From Prochlorococcus sp. AG-347-J21 (GTDB taxonomy: Bacteria > Cyanobacteriota > Cyanobacteriia > PCC-6307 > Cyanobiaceae): a stretch of DNA of 64,000 nucleotides. The DNA is taken from NCBI GenBank assembly GCA_003281455.1, contig QCBX01000004.1, positions 37,291 through 101,290 of the forward strand, written 5' to 3'. The translations under genes were made by a program, and so were the position numbers. Position 1 is the stretch's first letter; each line of letters starts with the position of its first letter. The notes under the pieces were generated by a model. It did not search any database. It was not told the origin of the DNA and saw only the letters and a program-made list of their open reading frames with translations. Of the stretch, positions 10,136 through 20,537 are shown piece by piece.

Positions 10136-12198
10136 ATAATTTTACTAACTTCAGAGCTTGAAAAATTTTCTGTTTTATTTATAGTCCTAGTCAATAACTC
10201 ATCTTTATCTGATTGTGCTAGGGCTAAATCAAACCAGAAGGTTGTTCCAACTCCTAGTTCACTGGCCATTCTAATTTCTCCACCATGTTTTTCTATGATT
10301 CCTCTCACTATAGATAACCCTAAACCAGTTCCTTGCTCAGTATGAACAGCATTCTCTACCCTAAAAAAACGATCAAAAATTTTTTCTTGATCAGTTTGAG
10401 ATATTCCTGAGCCTGTATCAGCAATCTCAATTCTTACTTTTGGTAAAGGTGAAATTAATTCGCATTGAGGCGCCCCATCATCGTTACTGCTTGGAGGAAG
10501 GGCTGGACAGGAATCTGGCCATGTATAAGCTCTTATCATTAAGTTGCTATTTTTTGGACTAAATTTCAATCCATTACCAAGTAAATTATCAAATACTTGT
10601 AAAAGTAAATCAAAATTACCAAGAATTGAAGGAATAGTCTCTTCTATATCGTGCGCTAATGATACGTTTTTTTCTGTAGCGTTTAGCCTGTAATTTCTGA
10701 GCGTCTGCTCTATTGCTGGTTTTATATCCATTTCCTCTAGTTGAATTATTTTCCCTGCCTCCAATCTTGATAAATCCAATACATCATTTACAAGTCTTGT
10801 TAACCTATCCGTCTCTGAGTTTGCAATCCCAAGAAATTCAAGTTGTTCTTCATTAGAGAGCTGATCTTTTAGGTCGTGTAAGGTCTCTACGTAACTTTTA
10901 ATGTTAAAAAGCGGTGTCCTTAATTCATGAGACACATTACTGATAAATCGGTTTTGTGCCGCATTTAGTTCTACCTCTCTTGTTAGATCTTGAATTGTGA
11001 CTGCAATACCTTTTAATTCAACTTTGTTTGTGTCTAATACTGATTGCAAGACAATTCTTAAAGTTCTAGCTGGTTCTCCTAGGCTAAATCTTAAATCATC
11101 TTTTTCCTTTTCTCTGTTTAAGAGGGATTCTACATTCGTATGTAAGTCATTAGATAAAATTTCTGGGATTTCATTTAAAAAATATTTGCCCTCTAAGAAT
11201 CTTCCTTCCCAACGAAATAATCTTTTTGCTGTTGGATTCGTAAGTACAATTTTGCCTTGGGAATCCAATAATATTGCACCATCAGCCATAGTTGCTATTA
11301 GTGATTGCTGCTTTATTTGAGCGGCTTTAAGTTCTTCGATGTTTGCCTCGTCATAATTTTCTAACTGAGTAGCCATTCTGTTAAATCCATTTAAAAGTTC
11401 TCCTAAATCTCCAGTCATGGGTAAAGAAATTCTCGATTTAAAGTTTCCTTTTGAAATTTCCCTCACACCTCTTACTAGCTCCCTGACTGGTCTAGTAATA
11501 GTAAGTGCATTAAATACAGCTCCAAGTATTACTAAAACCCAAATAGATATAAAAACTGCAATTGTCACTTCTCTAGTTAAAGCAGCACTGGCTAGGGCTT
11601 TTTTATTAGGGGTAACTCCTAAAGCTAAAGTTCCAAGATATTTTCCTTTCCATAGCATTGGAACGAATACATCAGTTACTTGACCCTGAGGAGTAACATG
11701 CTGCCTAACTAAAGGGAATTGTGGTCTTTTCTTTAATTCTGATGGTAATTTTAGTTTTCTAGTGAGTTGGAACTGACTATCTGAACTTGATGGAGTGGCA
11801 CTTATCGGTATTCCAAGTTGAACTATGTCTTGAGAATCCGTAAAAAATATGTAACGTAAATTGCGACTTGATCGCCAAAACTTTTCTGCGACGTTTGAAA
11901 TTTCTTTTTTTTGGTTATTAGCAACTAATTCCGTGACATTCCCCGATAACAATAATCCGAGATCTCGAGCATATCTAGTATCATTCATTCCTGCATCTCT
12001 TTGAATACTATTTAGGGCAAAAAATGTTATTCCTGTCATTAGGAGGCTTACAACGAGAGTTGCTATTGCCAATAATTTTGTTCTTAAACTAAATCCACTC
12101 CACCAAACAAGAAGTCTATTAATCCAATAGTTTTCATTAAAATCCTTATCATCGGCGAAATTAAACTCTTTACTTTCTCGATTATTGTTATCTATCAT
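10132..12198 (-). CDS. membrane sensor histidine kinase (TM-HAMP-PAS-HisKA-HATPase), NblS/Hik33-like
   Basis: H-box SHELRTPLFNI, G-boxes DTGSGI and GTGLGLSIV, and a HAMP-like RPVRELVRGVREISKGNF segment after the second TM. Start set at ATG 12198 (MIDNNN), because the longer ORF to 12270 would overlap purD. Confidence 0.8.
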   Translation of the reverse strand: MIDNNNRESKEFNFADDKDFNENYWINRLLVWWSGFSLRTKLLAIATLVVSLLMTGITFFALNSIQRDAGMNDTRYARDLGLLLSGNVTELVANNQKKEISNVAEKFWRSSRNLRYIFFTDSQDIVQLGIPISATPSSSDSQFQLTRKLKLPSELKKRPQFPLVRQHVTPQGQVTDVFVPMLWKGKYLGTLALGVTPNKKALASAALTREVTIAVFISIWVLVILGAVFNALTITRPVRELVRGVREISKGNFKSRISLPMTGDLGELLNGFNRMATQLENYDEANIEELKAAQIKQQSLIATMADGAILLDSQGKIVLTNPTAKRLFRWEGRFLEGKYFLNEIPEILSNDLHTNVESLLNREKEKDDLRFSLGEPARTLRIVLQSVLDTNKVELKGIAVTIQDLTREVELNAAQNRFISNVSHELRTPLFNIKSYVETLHDLKDQLSNEEQLEFLGIANSETDRLTRLVNDVLDLSRLEAGKIIQLEEMDIKPAIEQTLRNYRLNATEKNVSLAHDIEETIPSILGNFDLLLQVFDNLLGNGLKFSPKNSNLMIRAYTWPDSCPALPPSSNDDGAPQCELISPLPKVRIEIADTGSGISQTDQEKIFDRFFRVENAVHTEQGTGLGLSIVRGIIEKHGGEIRMASELGVGTTFWFDLALAQSDKDELLTRTINKTENFSSSEVSKII

Positions 12199-12202
12199 AA
12201 TT

Positions 12203-13534
12203 CTAATTTTTCTTTGAAAAGTTTGCCCTAACTTGATGACCAATATCACTTCTAAAATAGATACCATCAAAATTTATTTCTTTTAAGTTTTTGTAGGCTT
12301 TTTCAAAAACCATATCAAAATCTTTATCTTGACAGACAATACTTAGTACTCTTCCTCCATTAGTTAATAATTCCCCTTTTTTACTTAATGCGGTACCAGA
12401 GTCGAAAATTTGACAATCAACTGAATCAACTTCCCCTATTTTGATAGGGAGACCAGTTTTATACTCATGCGGGTAACCTTTTGAGGTGGCTATTACACAA
12501 CCACTAACTTTGTCAGAATTATTAATTTTTTCATTACCACTTAAATTTCCCATGGAGCATTTTTCTAAAAGAAATACAAAATTTTGATCCAATAAAGGCA
12601 TTATGGTCTGGCATTCGGGATCACCAAACCTACAATTGTATTCTATAACTTTGGGCCCAGATTTTGTGATCATTAGTCCAAAATAAATTACGCCCTTATA
12701 ATCAATTTTTTTATTATTGAGTTCTTTTATTGTCGGTTCAATTATCTCTTTGATGATTTTATTAAGATAGTCTTCTGTTAAAAGTGGGGCAGGAGCATAA
12801 GCTCCCATCCCTCCAGTATTGGGACCTTTGTCTTGCTCATTGAGACGTTTATGATCTTGTGCAGTTGGGAGTAATATGTAACGTTCTCCATCACATAGAG
12901 CAAAAACTGAAACTTCTGGCCCCTGAATTTTTTCTTCTAGAACCACAACATTCCCAGAGTTGCCAAACTTACCATTGAAGATTGATTCTGCGGCTCTAAA
13001 ACATTCATCTTTCGAATCGGGGATAAAAACTCCTTTGCCGGATGCGAGACCATCTGCTTTAACTACAAGTGGAGTAGATGATAAGTTAATAATTTTTTTA
13101 GCTTCTTCCAGAGAATTCACTTTCCAAAATTTAGCAGAAGGAATATTTGCTTTTTCCATGAATTCCTTTGCCCAAGATTTACTATATTCAAGTTTTGCTC
13201 CATCTTTACCAGGGCCAAATACTTTAAATTCTTTTTTGCGAAGAAAATCGGCTAATCCATCTGCTAGAGGTATTTCTGGTCCTATTACAATTAAATCTAT
13301 TTTCAAAAAATTAAGCTTTTCGACTAATTCACTTTTATTGTTTATATTAATTTTTATTCTTTCACATTTATTTATCCTCGCTGATCCAGCATTACCAGGG
13401 ATTAAATAAACTTTTTTGACTAATTCATTTTTTTGAATAGCCCAAGCCAAAGAGTTTTCCCTTCCGCCATTTCCAATTATTAGTATATTTTCTAATCTAT
13501 TGAATTTTTTAGAACTTTTTGGATTAATACTCAT
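12203..13534 (-). CDS. purD: phosphoribosylamine-glycine ligase
   Basis: ILIIGNGGRENSLAWA, an ATP-grasp core and GPNTGGMGAY are typical PurD. Confidence 0.9.
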   Translation of the reverse strand: MSINPKSSKKFNRLENILIIGNGGRENSLAWAIQKNELVKKVYLIPGNAGSARINKCERIKININNKSELVEKLNFLKIDLIVIGPEIPLADGLADFLRKKEFKVFGPGKDGAKLEYSKSWAKEFMEKANIPSAKFWKVNSLEEAKKIINLSSTPLVVKADGLASGKGVFIPDSKDECFRAAESIFNGKFGNSGNVVVLEEKIQGPEVSVFALCDGERYILLPTAQDHKRLNEQDKGPNTGGMGAYAPAPLLTEDYLNKIIKEIIEPTIKELNNKKIDYKGVIYFGLMITKSGPKVIEYNCRFGDPECQTIMPLLDQNFVFLLEKCSMGNLSGNEKINNSDKVSGCVIATSKGYPHEYKTGLPIKIGEVDSVDCQIFDSGTALSKKGELLTNGGRVLSIVCQDKDFDMVFEKAYKNLKEINFDGIYFRSDIGHQVRANFSKKN

Positions 13535-13670
13535 AAATTTGTTTTTTGAAGGTTATGAGGTTTAGATGGATAATCAGTTAAAATGTATGAAAATAGTTTG
13601 AAAAGCCGATCTCTAATAAACATGTTAATTACAAATCGTCCTTTTAGTCATCAATTGAGGTCTTTGATTA

Positions 13671-14411
13671 ATGAATAATAAATATGAATTAATTTATGAA
13701 GGCAAAGCCAAAAAAGTATTTTCTCATGATGATGCAGATAAAGTAATAATTGAATTTAAAGATGATGCGACAGCTTTTAATGCCTTGAAGAAAGCCAAAT
13801 TTGAAGGGAAGGGAAAATTAAATTGTCTTATAAGTTCTAAAATTTTCGAAATTCTTGAAGAGAATAATATTCCAACACACTTTCTTGAAATTAAAAATGA
13901 AAATACAATGATTGCCAAAAAAATAAACGTTATTCCTCTAGAAATTGTTCTGAGGAATATTGCTTATGGCTCTTTGTGTAAACAAACGACAATTGAAACC
14001 GGTACAGTCCTGACAAAACCGTTAATAGATTTTTATCTTAAAAATGATGAACTTAATGATCCGCTAATAACAAAAGATAGAATTGAATTGATGAAGATCT
14101 TGAGTTCTAGAGAATTAGATTTTTTAATAAAATTAACTTTAAAAATTAATGAAATTATGAAAAGTTTTTTTAAAAATATTCAGCTTCAACTTGTAGATTT
14201 CAAGTTGGAGTTTGGTTATGATTCAAAAAAAAACATATTACTTGGTGATGAAATAAGCCCCGATAATTGTAGGTTATGGGATCTTAGTCAGAAAAATGAT
14301 ACAATTATAAGTCTAGACAAAGATAGATTCAGAAATGATTTAGGGGGTCTAATTGAAGCTTATAGTGAAATTTACAAGAGAATAAACAACTCATCTAACT
14401 TAATGAAATAA
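13671..14411 (+). CDS. purC: phosphoribosylaminoimidazole-succinocarboxamide (SAICAR) synthase
   Basis: LIYEGKAKKVF...PLEIVLRNIAYGS...LVDFKLEFG...GDEISPDNCRLWD. Confidence 0.9.
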   Translation: MNNKYELIYEGKAKKVFSHDDADKVIIEFKDDATAFNALKKAKFEGKGKLNCLISSKIFEILEENNIPTHFLEIKNENTMIAKKINVIPLEIVLRNIAYGSLCKQTTIETGTVLTKPLIDFYLKNDELNDPLITKDRIELMKILSSRELDFLIKLTLKINEIMKSFFKNIQLQLVDFKLEFGYDSKKNILLGDEISPDNCRLWDLSQKNDTIISLDKDRFRNDLGGLIEAYSEIYKRINNSSNLMK

Positions 14412-14438
14412 TGCTTTATTTGGCTTAAACAAAATACT

Positions 14439-16571
14439 ATGCAAAAACATTTTTTAAAATCTATAAAGTTTTTCACAAATATTATTTGTCCTCCTGTTGT
14501 TTTGATATCAAATAATGCAGAACTGGCTGCAAAATACTTGCTAAATGATGTTGATCAATCAATTACAAAGGCAGAAATAAGCGAAATTAATAATCATTTA
14601 TTGAGAAGGTCTCATATCAATCAAGACAGTAATGTATTGATTGCAGAAAATAAAAAAAATATTACTCAAGAGAGTGTTCTTATCTCAGAAATAATTATTG
14701 AAGGATGGGAAAATCATCCTGAAGGAAGAAAATTAGAATTGGCTGCATATGATTCTATGAGTATAAAACCAGGAAGTATTATTAATAATCAAATTTTAAA
14801 TCAAGATTTAAATGCAATATATGCTAGTGGTTGGTTTTCAGCAGTTAAGATAAATTCCAAAGATGGACCATTAGGAGTAAGACTAATTGTAAATGTAGTT
14901 CCTAATCCAATTTTGAGGAAAGTTGAATTTAAACAAAAAAACTCCGTAATATCTAATGCATATGTAGATGACGTTTTTAATAATTATTATGGTACAACTC
15001 TCAACCTAAATGAATTTCAGAATAAGATAAAAATAATAAAAAAACGTTATGAAAATGAGGGTTATTCTTTAGCTAGAATTACTGGTCCAGAAAGAATTTC
15101 AGAAGATGGAATAGTAACATTGAATGTTGCTGAAGGCGTTATATCTGATGTTGTATTAAGGTTTCCCTCTTCTGATGGTGAATCATTTATTGATGGAAAA
15201 CTTAGAAAAGGTAAGACAAAAGACTGGGTAATAAAAAGAGAGTTAAAAACTCAACCTGGTTCGATCTTTAATCGAAAGACTCTTGAAGCCGATATCAAAA
15301 GACTATATGCAACATCGTTATTTGATGATGTTAAAGTTTCTCTTGGACCTGACAGTTCAAATCCTGGACAAGTCATAATTTTTTTAGACTTGAGTGAGCA
15401 AAGAACAGGATCTTTAACTGGAGGACTTGGTTATAGTAATAGTTCCGGCATTTTTGCTACCATTGGATTGCAGGAAACAAATGCTTTTGGTAGAGCTTGG
15501 TCTACTAATCTTAATTTAAATTTCGGAGAATATTCTACTACTTATAATTTTTCTTTATCTGATCCATGGATTAAAGGAGATAAACATAAAACGTCTTTTA
15601 GAACAAATGTATTCTTAAGTAGAGATTATCCTCAAGAATTCAAAAGCAGTGAGAATGGAAGGATTTATGCAGTTGATGATACAACAACTGAGAGTACAGA
15701 TTCATTTTCTTCAGTAGTTCTAGAAAAAACTGGGGGAGGTTTCTCTTTCTCTAGACCTCTTAACGGTGGAGATCCATTTAAGACTGCTAAGTGGAGAGTT
15801 CTCGCTGGGATGAATTTCAAAAAAGTTAGCATGATTGATAGCAGTGGGAATATAAAGCCTCACGGTGATAAGACACCTACAACTGGAAATAATAATGAAA
15901 TTATTTGTATAGGATATTCTCCAAATGATGGCTCATGTCCTAATGAAAATACCTTAGTTAGTTTTATTGCTAGTACCTCAAGAAATAATCTCAATAACTC
16001 TATTAATCCAACTTCAGGAACTAAATTAAGCTTTGGAACTGAACAGTTTTTTTCAGTGGGTAATGACTCTCCAACTTTCAATAGAATGAGAGCTTCATAT
16101 TCATACTTTATACCCGCAAAATTTATAAATTTAACCAAAGCATGTAAGTCTAGTAATGCTTCTAGTGAAGATTGTCCTCAAGCGATTGGGATTCAATTTA
16201 AAACGGGAACTATTTTGGGAGAAGCGCCACCTTATGAAGCATTTTGTATGGGAGGAACTTCATCTGTAAGAGGTTGGGGATCTTGTGATTTAGCCGTCAG
16301 TAAAACTTTCGTTGAGGGGACAGTTGAATATAGATTTCCTGTTTGGAGAATGATATCAGGCGCTTTCTTCGTTGATGCAGGGAGTGATTTAGGGTCTCAA
16401 AAACAAGTTCCAGGAAAACCTGGTAAATTATTGCAGAAATCAGGTTCTGGTTATTCACTAGGTGGGGGAGTTGGAGTTAAGACACCAATTGGTCCATTGA
16501 GATTAGATATTGCAAGTAAGGACTTAAGTGGAGATTGGAGATACACACTTGGGGTTGGATGGAAGTTTTAA
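14439..16571 (+). CDS. outer-membrane Omp85/BamA (Toc75-like) protein with POTRA repeats
   Basis: 710 aa with POTRA-type repeats (IIIEGWENHP..., VVLRFPS...) and a C-terminal surface-antigen barrel ending ...YTLGVGWKF. It sits upstream of lpxC-fabZ-lpxA-lpxB. Confidence 0.85.
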   Translation: MQKHFLKSIKFFTNIICPPVVLISNNAELAAKYLLNDVDQSITKAEISEINNHLLRRSHINQDSNVLIAENKKNITQESVLISEIIIEGWENHPEGRKLELAAYDSMSIKPGSIINNQILNQDLNAIYASGWFSAVKINSKDGPLGVRLIVNVVPNPILRKVEFKQKNSVISNAYVDDVFNNYYGTTLNLNEFQNKIKIIKKRYENEGYSLARITGPERISEDGIVTLNVAEGVISDVVLRFPSSDGESFIDGKLRKGKTKDWVIKRELKTQPGSIFNRKTLEADIKRLYATSLFDDVKVSLGPDSSNPGQVIIFLDLSEQRTGSLTGGLGYSNSSGIFATIGLQETNAFGRAWSTNLNLNFGEYSTTYNFSLSDPWIKGDKHKTSFRTNVFLSRDYPQEFKSSENGRIYAVDDTTTESTDSFSSVVLEKTGGGFSFSRPLNGGDPFKTAKWRVLAGMNFKKVSMIDSSGNIKPHGDKTPTTGNNNEIICIGYSPNDGSCPNENTLVSFIASTSRNNLNNSINPTSGTKLSFGTEQFFSVGNDSPTFNRMRASYSYFIPAKFINLTKACKSSNASSEDCPQAIGIQFKTGTILGEAPPYEAFCMGGTSSVRGWGSCDLAVSKTFVEGTVEYRFPVWRMISGAFFVDAGSDLGSQKQVPGKPGKLLQKSGSGYSLGGGVGVKTPIGPLRLDIASKDLSGDWRYTLGVGWKF

Positions 16572-17408
16572 GTGTTTTCTTGGCCTACTAATTATGATTC
16601 TTGTTATACCATAGCTGGTGTTGTCACCAGGGAAGGTATAGGCCTTCACAGTGGAGAAAAAACAAGAGTTACTATATCTCCTTATGAAAAAGAAGGATAT
16701 TATGTTTCTTTTAGTGATAGACCTAATCATATTTTTAAGCTGACTCAAGATTTAATTGGAAGTACAATGCTTTGCACTGCAGTTAAATTAGAAAGTAGAA
16801 ATTTATATACTATTGAACATTTATTATCTTCAATGGCTGGGTGCGGGTTAAGTTACATACATATTGAGGTTGATGGGAAAGAGATCCCACTTTTAGATGG
16901 ATCGGCAATTAAGTGGGTTGAGGCTTTTGAAGAAGTAGGAATTAAAAAAGCTCCTAAACCAGAGAATTTTCTTCGAGAGATTAATAAATCAATAATTTTA
17001 AATAAAGATGATTCCATAATAGTTGCAACCCCTTCCGAAAAAACTACAATTGTATCCACTATTAGTTTTCCCTATAAAGCAGTTGGAATTCAAAGTTTTG
17101 AGATAGACTTGAATCCAAAAACTTTTGTTGAAATGATTGCCCCAGCAAGAACATTTGGTTTTAAGGATCAATTTGAAGAGTTAAGTGAACTTGGATTAAT
17201 AAAGGGGGGTAGTTTGGAAAATGCCCTTGTTTGTAATGGTGATAAATGGGTTAATCCACCATTAAGATTTGATAATGAACCAATAAGACATAAAATTTTA
17301 GACCTAATTGGGGACTTAGCTTTGGTAGGGTTACCTAAGGCACAAATTTTAGTTTACAAAGGATCACATTCTTTAAATGCTTTATTGGCCTCATCGCTTA
17401 AAAATTAA
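16572..17408 (+). CDS. lpxC: UDP-3-O-acyl-N-acetylglucosamine deacetylase
   Basis: GIGLHSGEK..., [21 protein letters not shown] and GSHSLN motifs. The GTG start abuts the upstream stop. Confidence 0.9.
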   Translation: MFSWPTNYDSCYTIAGVVTREGIGLHSGEKTRVTISPYEKEGYYVSFSDRPNHIFKLTQDLIGSTMLCTAVKLESRNLYTIEHLLSSMAGCGLSYIHIEVDGKEIPLLDGSAIKWVEAFEEVGIKKAPKPENFLREINKSIILNKDDSIIVATPSEKTTIVSTISFPYKAVGIQSFEIDLNPKTFVEMIAPARTFGFKDQFEELSELGLIKGGSLENALVCNGDKWVNPPLRFDNEPIRHKILDLIGDLALVGLPKAQILVYKGSHSLNALLASSLKN

Positions 17409-17425
17409 CTTTATCTTTAATAGTC

Positions 17426-17884
17426 TTGGAAAAGAAATTATCTAGTGAAAATAATCAACTCTCCTCTGAGCAGATATTAGGTTTATTACCTCATAGATAT
17501 CCTTTCGCTCTTGTGGATAAAGTCATAGAGCATGTTCCAGGGGAGAGAGCTGTTGCAGTAAAAAATGTAACTATAAATGAACCACAATTTCAAGGACACT
17601 TCCCTGAAAGACCTTTAATGCCTGGAGTTCTTATTGTTGAATCAATGGCTCAAGTTGGGGGGATTATAGTGACGCAAATGCCCAATCTTCCTAAAGGACT
17701 TTTCGTCTTTGCCGGAATCAATAATGTTAAATTTAGAAAACCTGTTGTACCTGGAGATCAATTAATAATTTCTTGTGAGTTATTGAGTATTAAAAGACAA
17801 AGATTTGGCAAGGTTAAAGGTGAGGCACACGTAGATGGGAAGTTGGTTTGTGCTGGGGAATTAATGTTTTCATTAGTTGATTAG
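17426..17884 (+). CDS. fabZ: 3-hydroxyacyl-ACP dehydratase
   Basis: [14 protein letters not shown]...[28 protein letters not shown] start. Confidence 0.9.
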   Translation: MEKKLSSENNQLSSEQILGLLPHRYPFALVDKVIEHVPGERAVAVKNVTINEPQFQGHFPERPLMPGVLIVESMAQVGGIIVTQMPNLPKGLFVFAGINNVKFRKPVVPGDQLIISCELLSIKRQRFGKVKGEAHVDGKLVCAGELMFSLVD

Positions 17885-17888
17885 ATAA

Positions 17889-18731
17889 ATGGAGAATAAA
17901 TTTACTGAATTAAAGTCCAATTTAAATGGTCCAAAAGTTCACCCAAATGCTTTTGTTGATCCTAATGCTGTATTACATGATAATGTCATTATTTCTCAGG
18001 GAGCCATTATCGGTCCTAATGTGACTATCGGGAAAGGAACTCAAATAGGACCGAATGCGGTTATTACTGGAAGAACTCAAATTGGTAAAAACAATAAAGT
18101 TTTTCCTAATGTCTTTATAGGCCTTGATCCTCAAGATTTGAAATATAGAGGTGCCTCGACTGAAGTAATTATTGGAGACAATAATACTTTTAGAGAATGC
18201 GTAACTATAAATAAGGCCACTGATGACGGAGAAAAAACTATTATTGGTAATAATAATTTATTAATGGCTTATACTCACATTGGTCATAATTGTGAACTTG
18301 GTAATAGGATAGTTTTATCAAATAGTGTTCAAGTTGCAGGGCATGTAAAAATTGAAGATAAAGCTATTATTGGTGGCTGTTTAGGTATTCATCAATTTGT
18401 ACATATTGGATATTTAGCAATGATCGGAGGAATGACTAGAGTAGATAGAGACGTACCTCCTTTTTGTCTGGCCGAAGGACATCCAGGAAGATTGAGAGGT
18501 TTGAATAGAATTGGAATTAAAAGAAGTGGTTTAATGGAAAATAAGGAATTTGATTTAAAACTTTTGCAAAGTACTTGGAATTTACTTTTTAAGTCTAAAA
18601 ATGTAATTTCTAACGCATTGGATATAGCATTAAAAGGTAATTTGGATATTTCTTCAACAAAATTATGTGATTTTATAAAAGATTCAATATCAAAAGAAAG
18701 ACGCGGCCCAATGCCTTTGTTAAATGAATGA
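17889..18731 (+). CDS. lpxA: acyl-ACP--UDP-N-acetylglucosamine O-acyltransferase
   Basis: Left-handed beta-helix hexapeptide repeats, then MAYTHIGHNC and GLNRIGIKR. Confidence 0.9.
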   Translation: MENKFTELKSNLNGPKVHPNAFVDPNAVLHDNVIISQGAIIGPNVTIGKGTQIGPNAVITGRTQIGKNNKVFPNVFIGLDPQDLKYRGASTEVIIGDNNTFRECVTINKATDDGEKTIIGNNNLLMAYTHIGHNCELGNRIVLSNSVQVAGHVKIEDKAIIGGCLGIHQFVHIGYLAMIGGMTRVDRDVPPFCLAEGHPGRLRGLNRIGIKRSGLMENKEFDLKLLQSTWNLLFKSKNVISNALDIALKGNLDISSTKLCDFIKDSISKERRGPMPLLNE

Positions 18732-19906
18732 ATAGAAAGATATTTATCAGTACCGGAGAAGTATCTGGAGATTTGCATGGAAGTTTGTTATCGAAAGCAT
18801 TATTAGATGAAGCTAAAAAAAAATCTATTGATCTAGAAATTTGTGGATTAGGTGGGGAAAGGATGAAGCAAGAAGGCGTAAAAATTCTTCAAAATACTAC
18901 ATCCATTAGCGCAATAGGAATTTGGGAGGCTTTACCTCTTATTCTTCCAACGATAAGAATTCAAACAAGATTTTATAAATTATTAAAAAAATATCCTCCA
19001 GATTGTTTAATTTTGATTGATTATATGGGCCCCAATATTAAAATTGGAACTAAATTAAAAAAATCGAAGATTAAAATTCCAATTTTTTACTATATTGCTC
19101 CTCAAGAATGGGCCTGGAGAATTGGAAATAATACCACGACAAATTTGATAAATTTTTCTGATAAAATTTTTGCGATTTTCAAGAAAGAAGCAGCATTTTA
19201 TAAAAAAAGAGGTGGAAATGTATCGTGGGTTGGACATCCAATGATTGATTTAACAAAAAAACTTCCTCTTAAGAAAGATGCCCGAACTGTTCTAAGCCTT
19301 CGCCCAGATCAAAATATTCTACTTTTAATGCCCGCTTCAAGACCTCAAGAATTGAAATATATATTACCTACTTTTATGTTGGTGGCTAGAAAATTACAAC
19401 AAAAATATCCAAGTTTAGTTATCTATATACCCTCCTGTAGGAAAGTTTTTGATGAAAGATTTAAAAAGGCCCTAAGAAAATATCAAGTTAAAGGAGAAGT
19501 GATTTCTCAAAAAGAAAGTGCAAGATTAAAGCCTTATATTTATTCGCTTACAAAAATTGCTCTTTGCAAATCTGGGACGGTTAATATGGAATTAGCTTTA
19601 CAAGGAATACCACAGATTGTTGGTTATAGAGTAAGTAGGATAACAGCATTTATTGCTAAAAATATTCTCAATTTCAAAGTAAGATTTATTTCTCCAGTAA
19701 ATTTGTTAGTTGATAAGTTAATAATCCCTGAATTTGTACAAAAAGAGTTTAACGAAAAGAAGATCTTCTATAAATCTTGTAGAATTCTGGAGGGGAAGTC
19801 AGAAAAAATAAAAATTAAAAAAGGTTATGCTTTTTTAAAAAAAGAATTAGGTGAAAAGGGCGTAGTCCAAAGAGCTGCCAAAGAGATTATTAATTCTATT
19901 ATTTGA
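18728..19906 (+). CDS. lpxB: lipid-A-disaccharide synthase
   Basis: IFISTGEVSGDLHG..., YYIAPQEWAWR, and ATGA overlap with lpxA. Confidence 0.9.
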   Translation: MNRKIFISTGEVSGDLHGSLLSKALLDEAKKKSIDLEICGLGGERMKQEGVKILQNTTSISAIGIWEALPLILPTIRIQTRFYKLLKKYPPDCLILIDYMGPNIKIGTKLKKSKIKIPIFYYIAPQEWAWRIGNNTTTNLINFSDKIFAIFKKEAAFYKKRGGNVSWVGHPMIDLTKKLPLKKDARTVLSLRPDQNILLLMPASRPQELKYILPTFMLVARKLQQKYPSLVIYIPSCRKVFDERFKKALRKYQVKGEVISQKESARLKPYIYSLTKIALCKSGTVNMELALQGIPQIVGYRVSRITAFIAKNILNFKVRFISPVNLLVDKLIIPEFVQKEFNEKKIFYKSCRILEGKSEKIKIKKGYAFLKKELGEKGVVQRAAKEIINSII

Positions 19907-19922
19907 ACTTTATAATAAAAAA

Positions 19923-20525
19923 ATGAAATACTTATTATCTATAGTGATTACCCTTTCACTATTAATTAACCCTGTATCCACTTTTGCAGAGGAAGTGATT
20001 CTTGCGGGAGGTTGTTTTTGGTGTTTAGAACATGATATAGAATCCTTAAAGGGAATAAATTTTGTACAAAGTGGCTATTCAGGAGGAGAGTTACAAAATC
20101 CTACCTACGAAAATCATGTAGGGCATCAGGAAGTGGTTTTGGTTAACTATGATTCTCAATTGGTAAGTTTACCCGAGATACTTAGGCTATATTTGAGAAA
20201 TATTGATCCTCTCGATGGTAATGGGCAATTTTGTGATCGTGGAGATTCTTACAGGCCAGTGATCTTTTACAAAGATTCAATCGAGAAAAGTGATGCAGAA
20301 AAAGCACTTTTTTCGGCTTCGAATGAATTGCGAGTACCATTAGAAAAGATATCTGTAGAACTAAAATCGAAAGGTCAATTTTGGTTGGCTGAGGAATACC
20401 ATCAGGATTTTGCTGAAAGAAATGAATTAAAATATAAGTTCTATAGATTCTCATGTGGGAGAGATCAGAAATTGGATAAGTTATGGGGGGATAACTCCAG
20501 ATCAACGAATCTTTGGTCTGAATGA
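19923..20525 (+). CDS. msrA: peptide methionine-S-sulfoxide reductase, with signal peptide
   Basis: GGCFWCLE active-site motif, GHQEVV, and EEYHQDF near the C-terminus. Confidence 0.85.
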   Translation: MKYLLSIVITLSLLINPVSTFAEEVILAGGCFWCLEHDIESLKGINFVQSGYSGGELQNPTYENHVGHQEVVLVNYDSQLVSLPEILRLYLRNIDPLDGNGQFCDRGDSYRPVIFYKDSIEKSDAEKALFSASNELRVPLEKISVELKSKGQFWLAEEYHQDFAERNELKYKFYRFSCGRDQKLDKLWGDNSRSTNLWSE

Positions 20526-20537
20526 TTTTAAATATAA

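Noticed and set aside
11455-11475. CCCTCACACCTC, reminiscent of the Yfr1 sRNA core motif (ACUCCUCACAC).
   Set aside because: The match is imperfect and lies inside and antisense to the histidine kinase coding region. It has no flanking stem-loops or terminator.
12199-12270. A 24-codon N-terminal extension of the histidine kinase ORF.
   Set aside because: It would overlap the 3' end of purD by 68 nt on the same strand. An ATG at 12198, 4 nt after the purD stop, gives a normal N-terminus.
12960-13409. A 149-aa ORF antisense to purD. Many similar antisense or alternate-frame ORFs appear in the track, including 514-747, 759-1007, 5929-6168, 6897-7118, 7776-8039, 10997-11320, 11417-11683, 18392-18778, 20182-20505, 28641-28931, 28974-29255, 30325-30615, 37439-37723, 52502-52981, 54704-54994, 56000-56329 and 62522-62938.
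   Set aside because: Each lies entirely inside a well-supported gene on the opposite strand or in another frame. They have low-complexity S/L/F/I-rich translations and no motifs. They are shadow ORFs of the kind expected in AT-rich coding sequence.
13535-13670. Scanned this and the other divergent spacers (22647-22797, 62898-63038, 57912-57989) for NtcA sites (GTA-N8-TAC), Pho boxes and LexA-like boxes.
   Set aside because: Only partial or mis-spaced matches were found, for example GTA-N12-TAC at about 63006 and two CTTAAA repeats 8 nt apart at about 31797. Nothing stood above AT-rich background.
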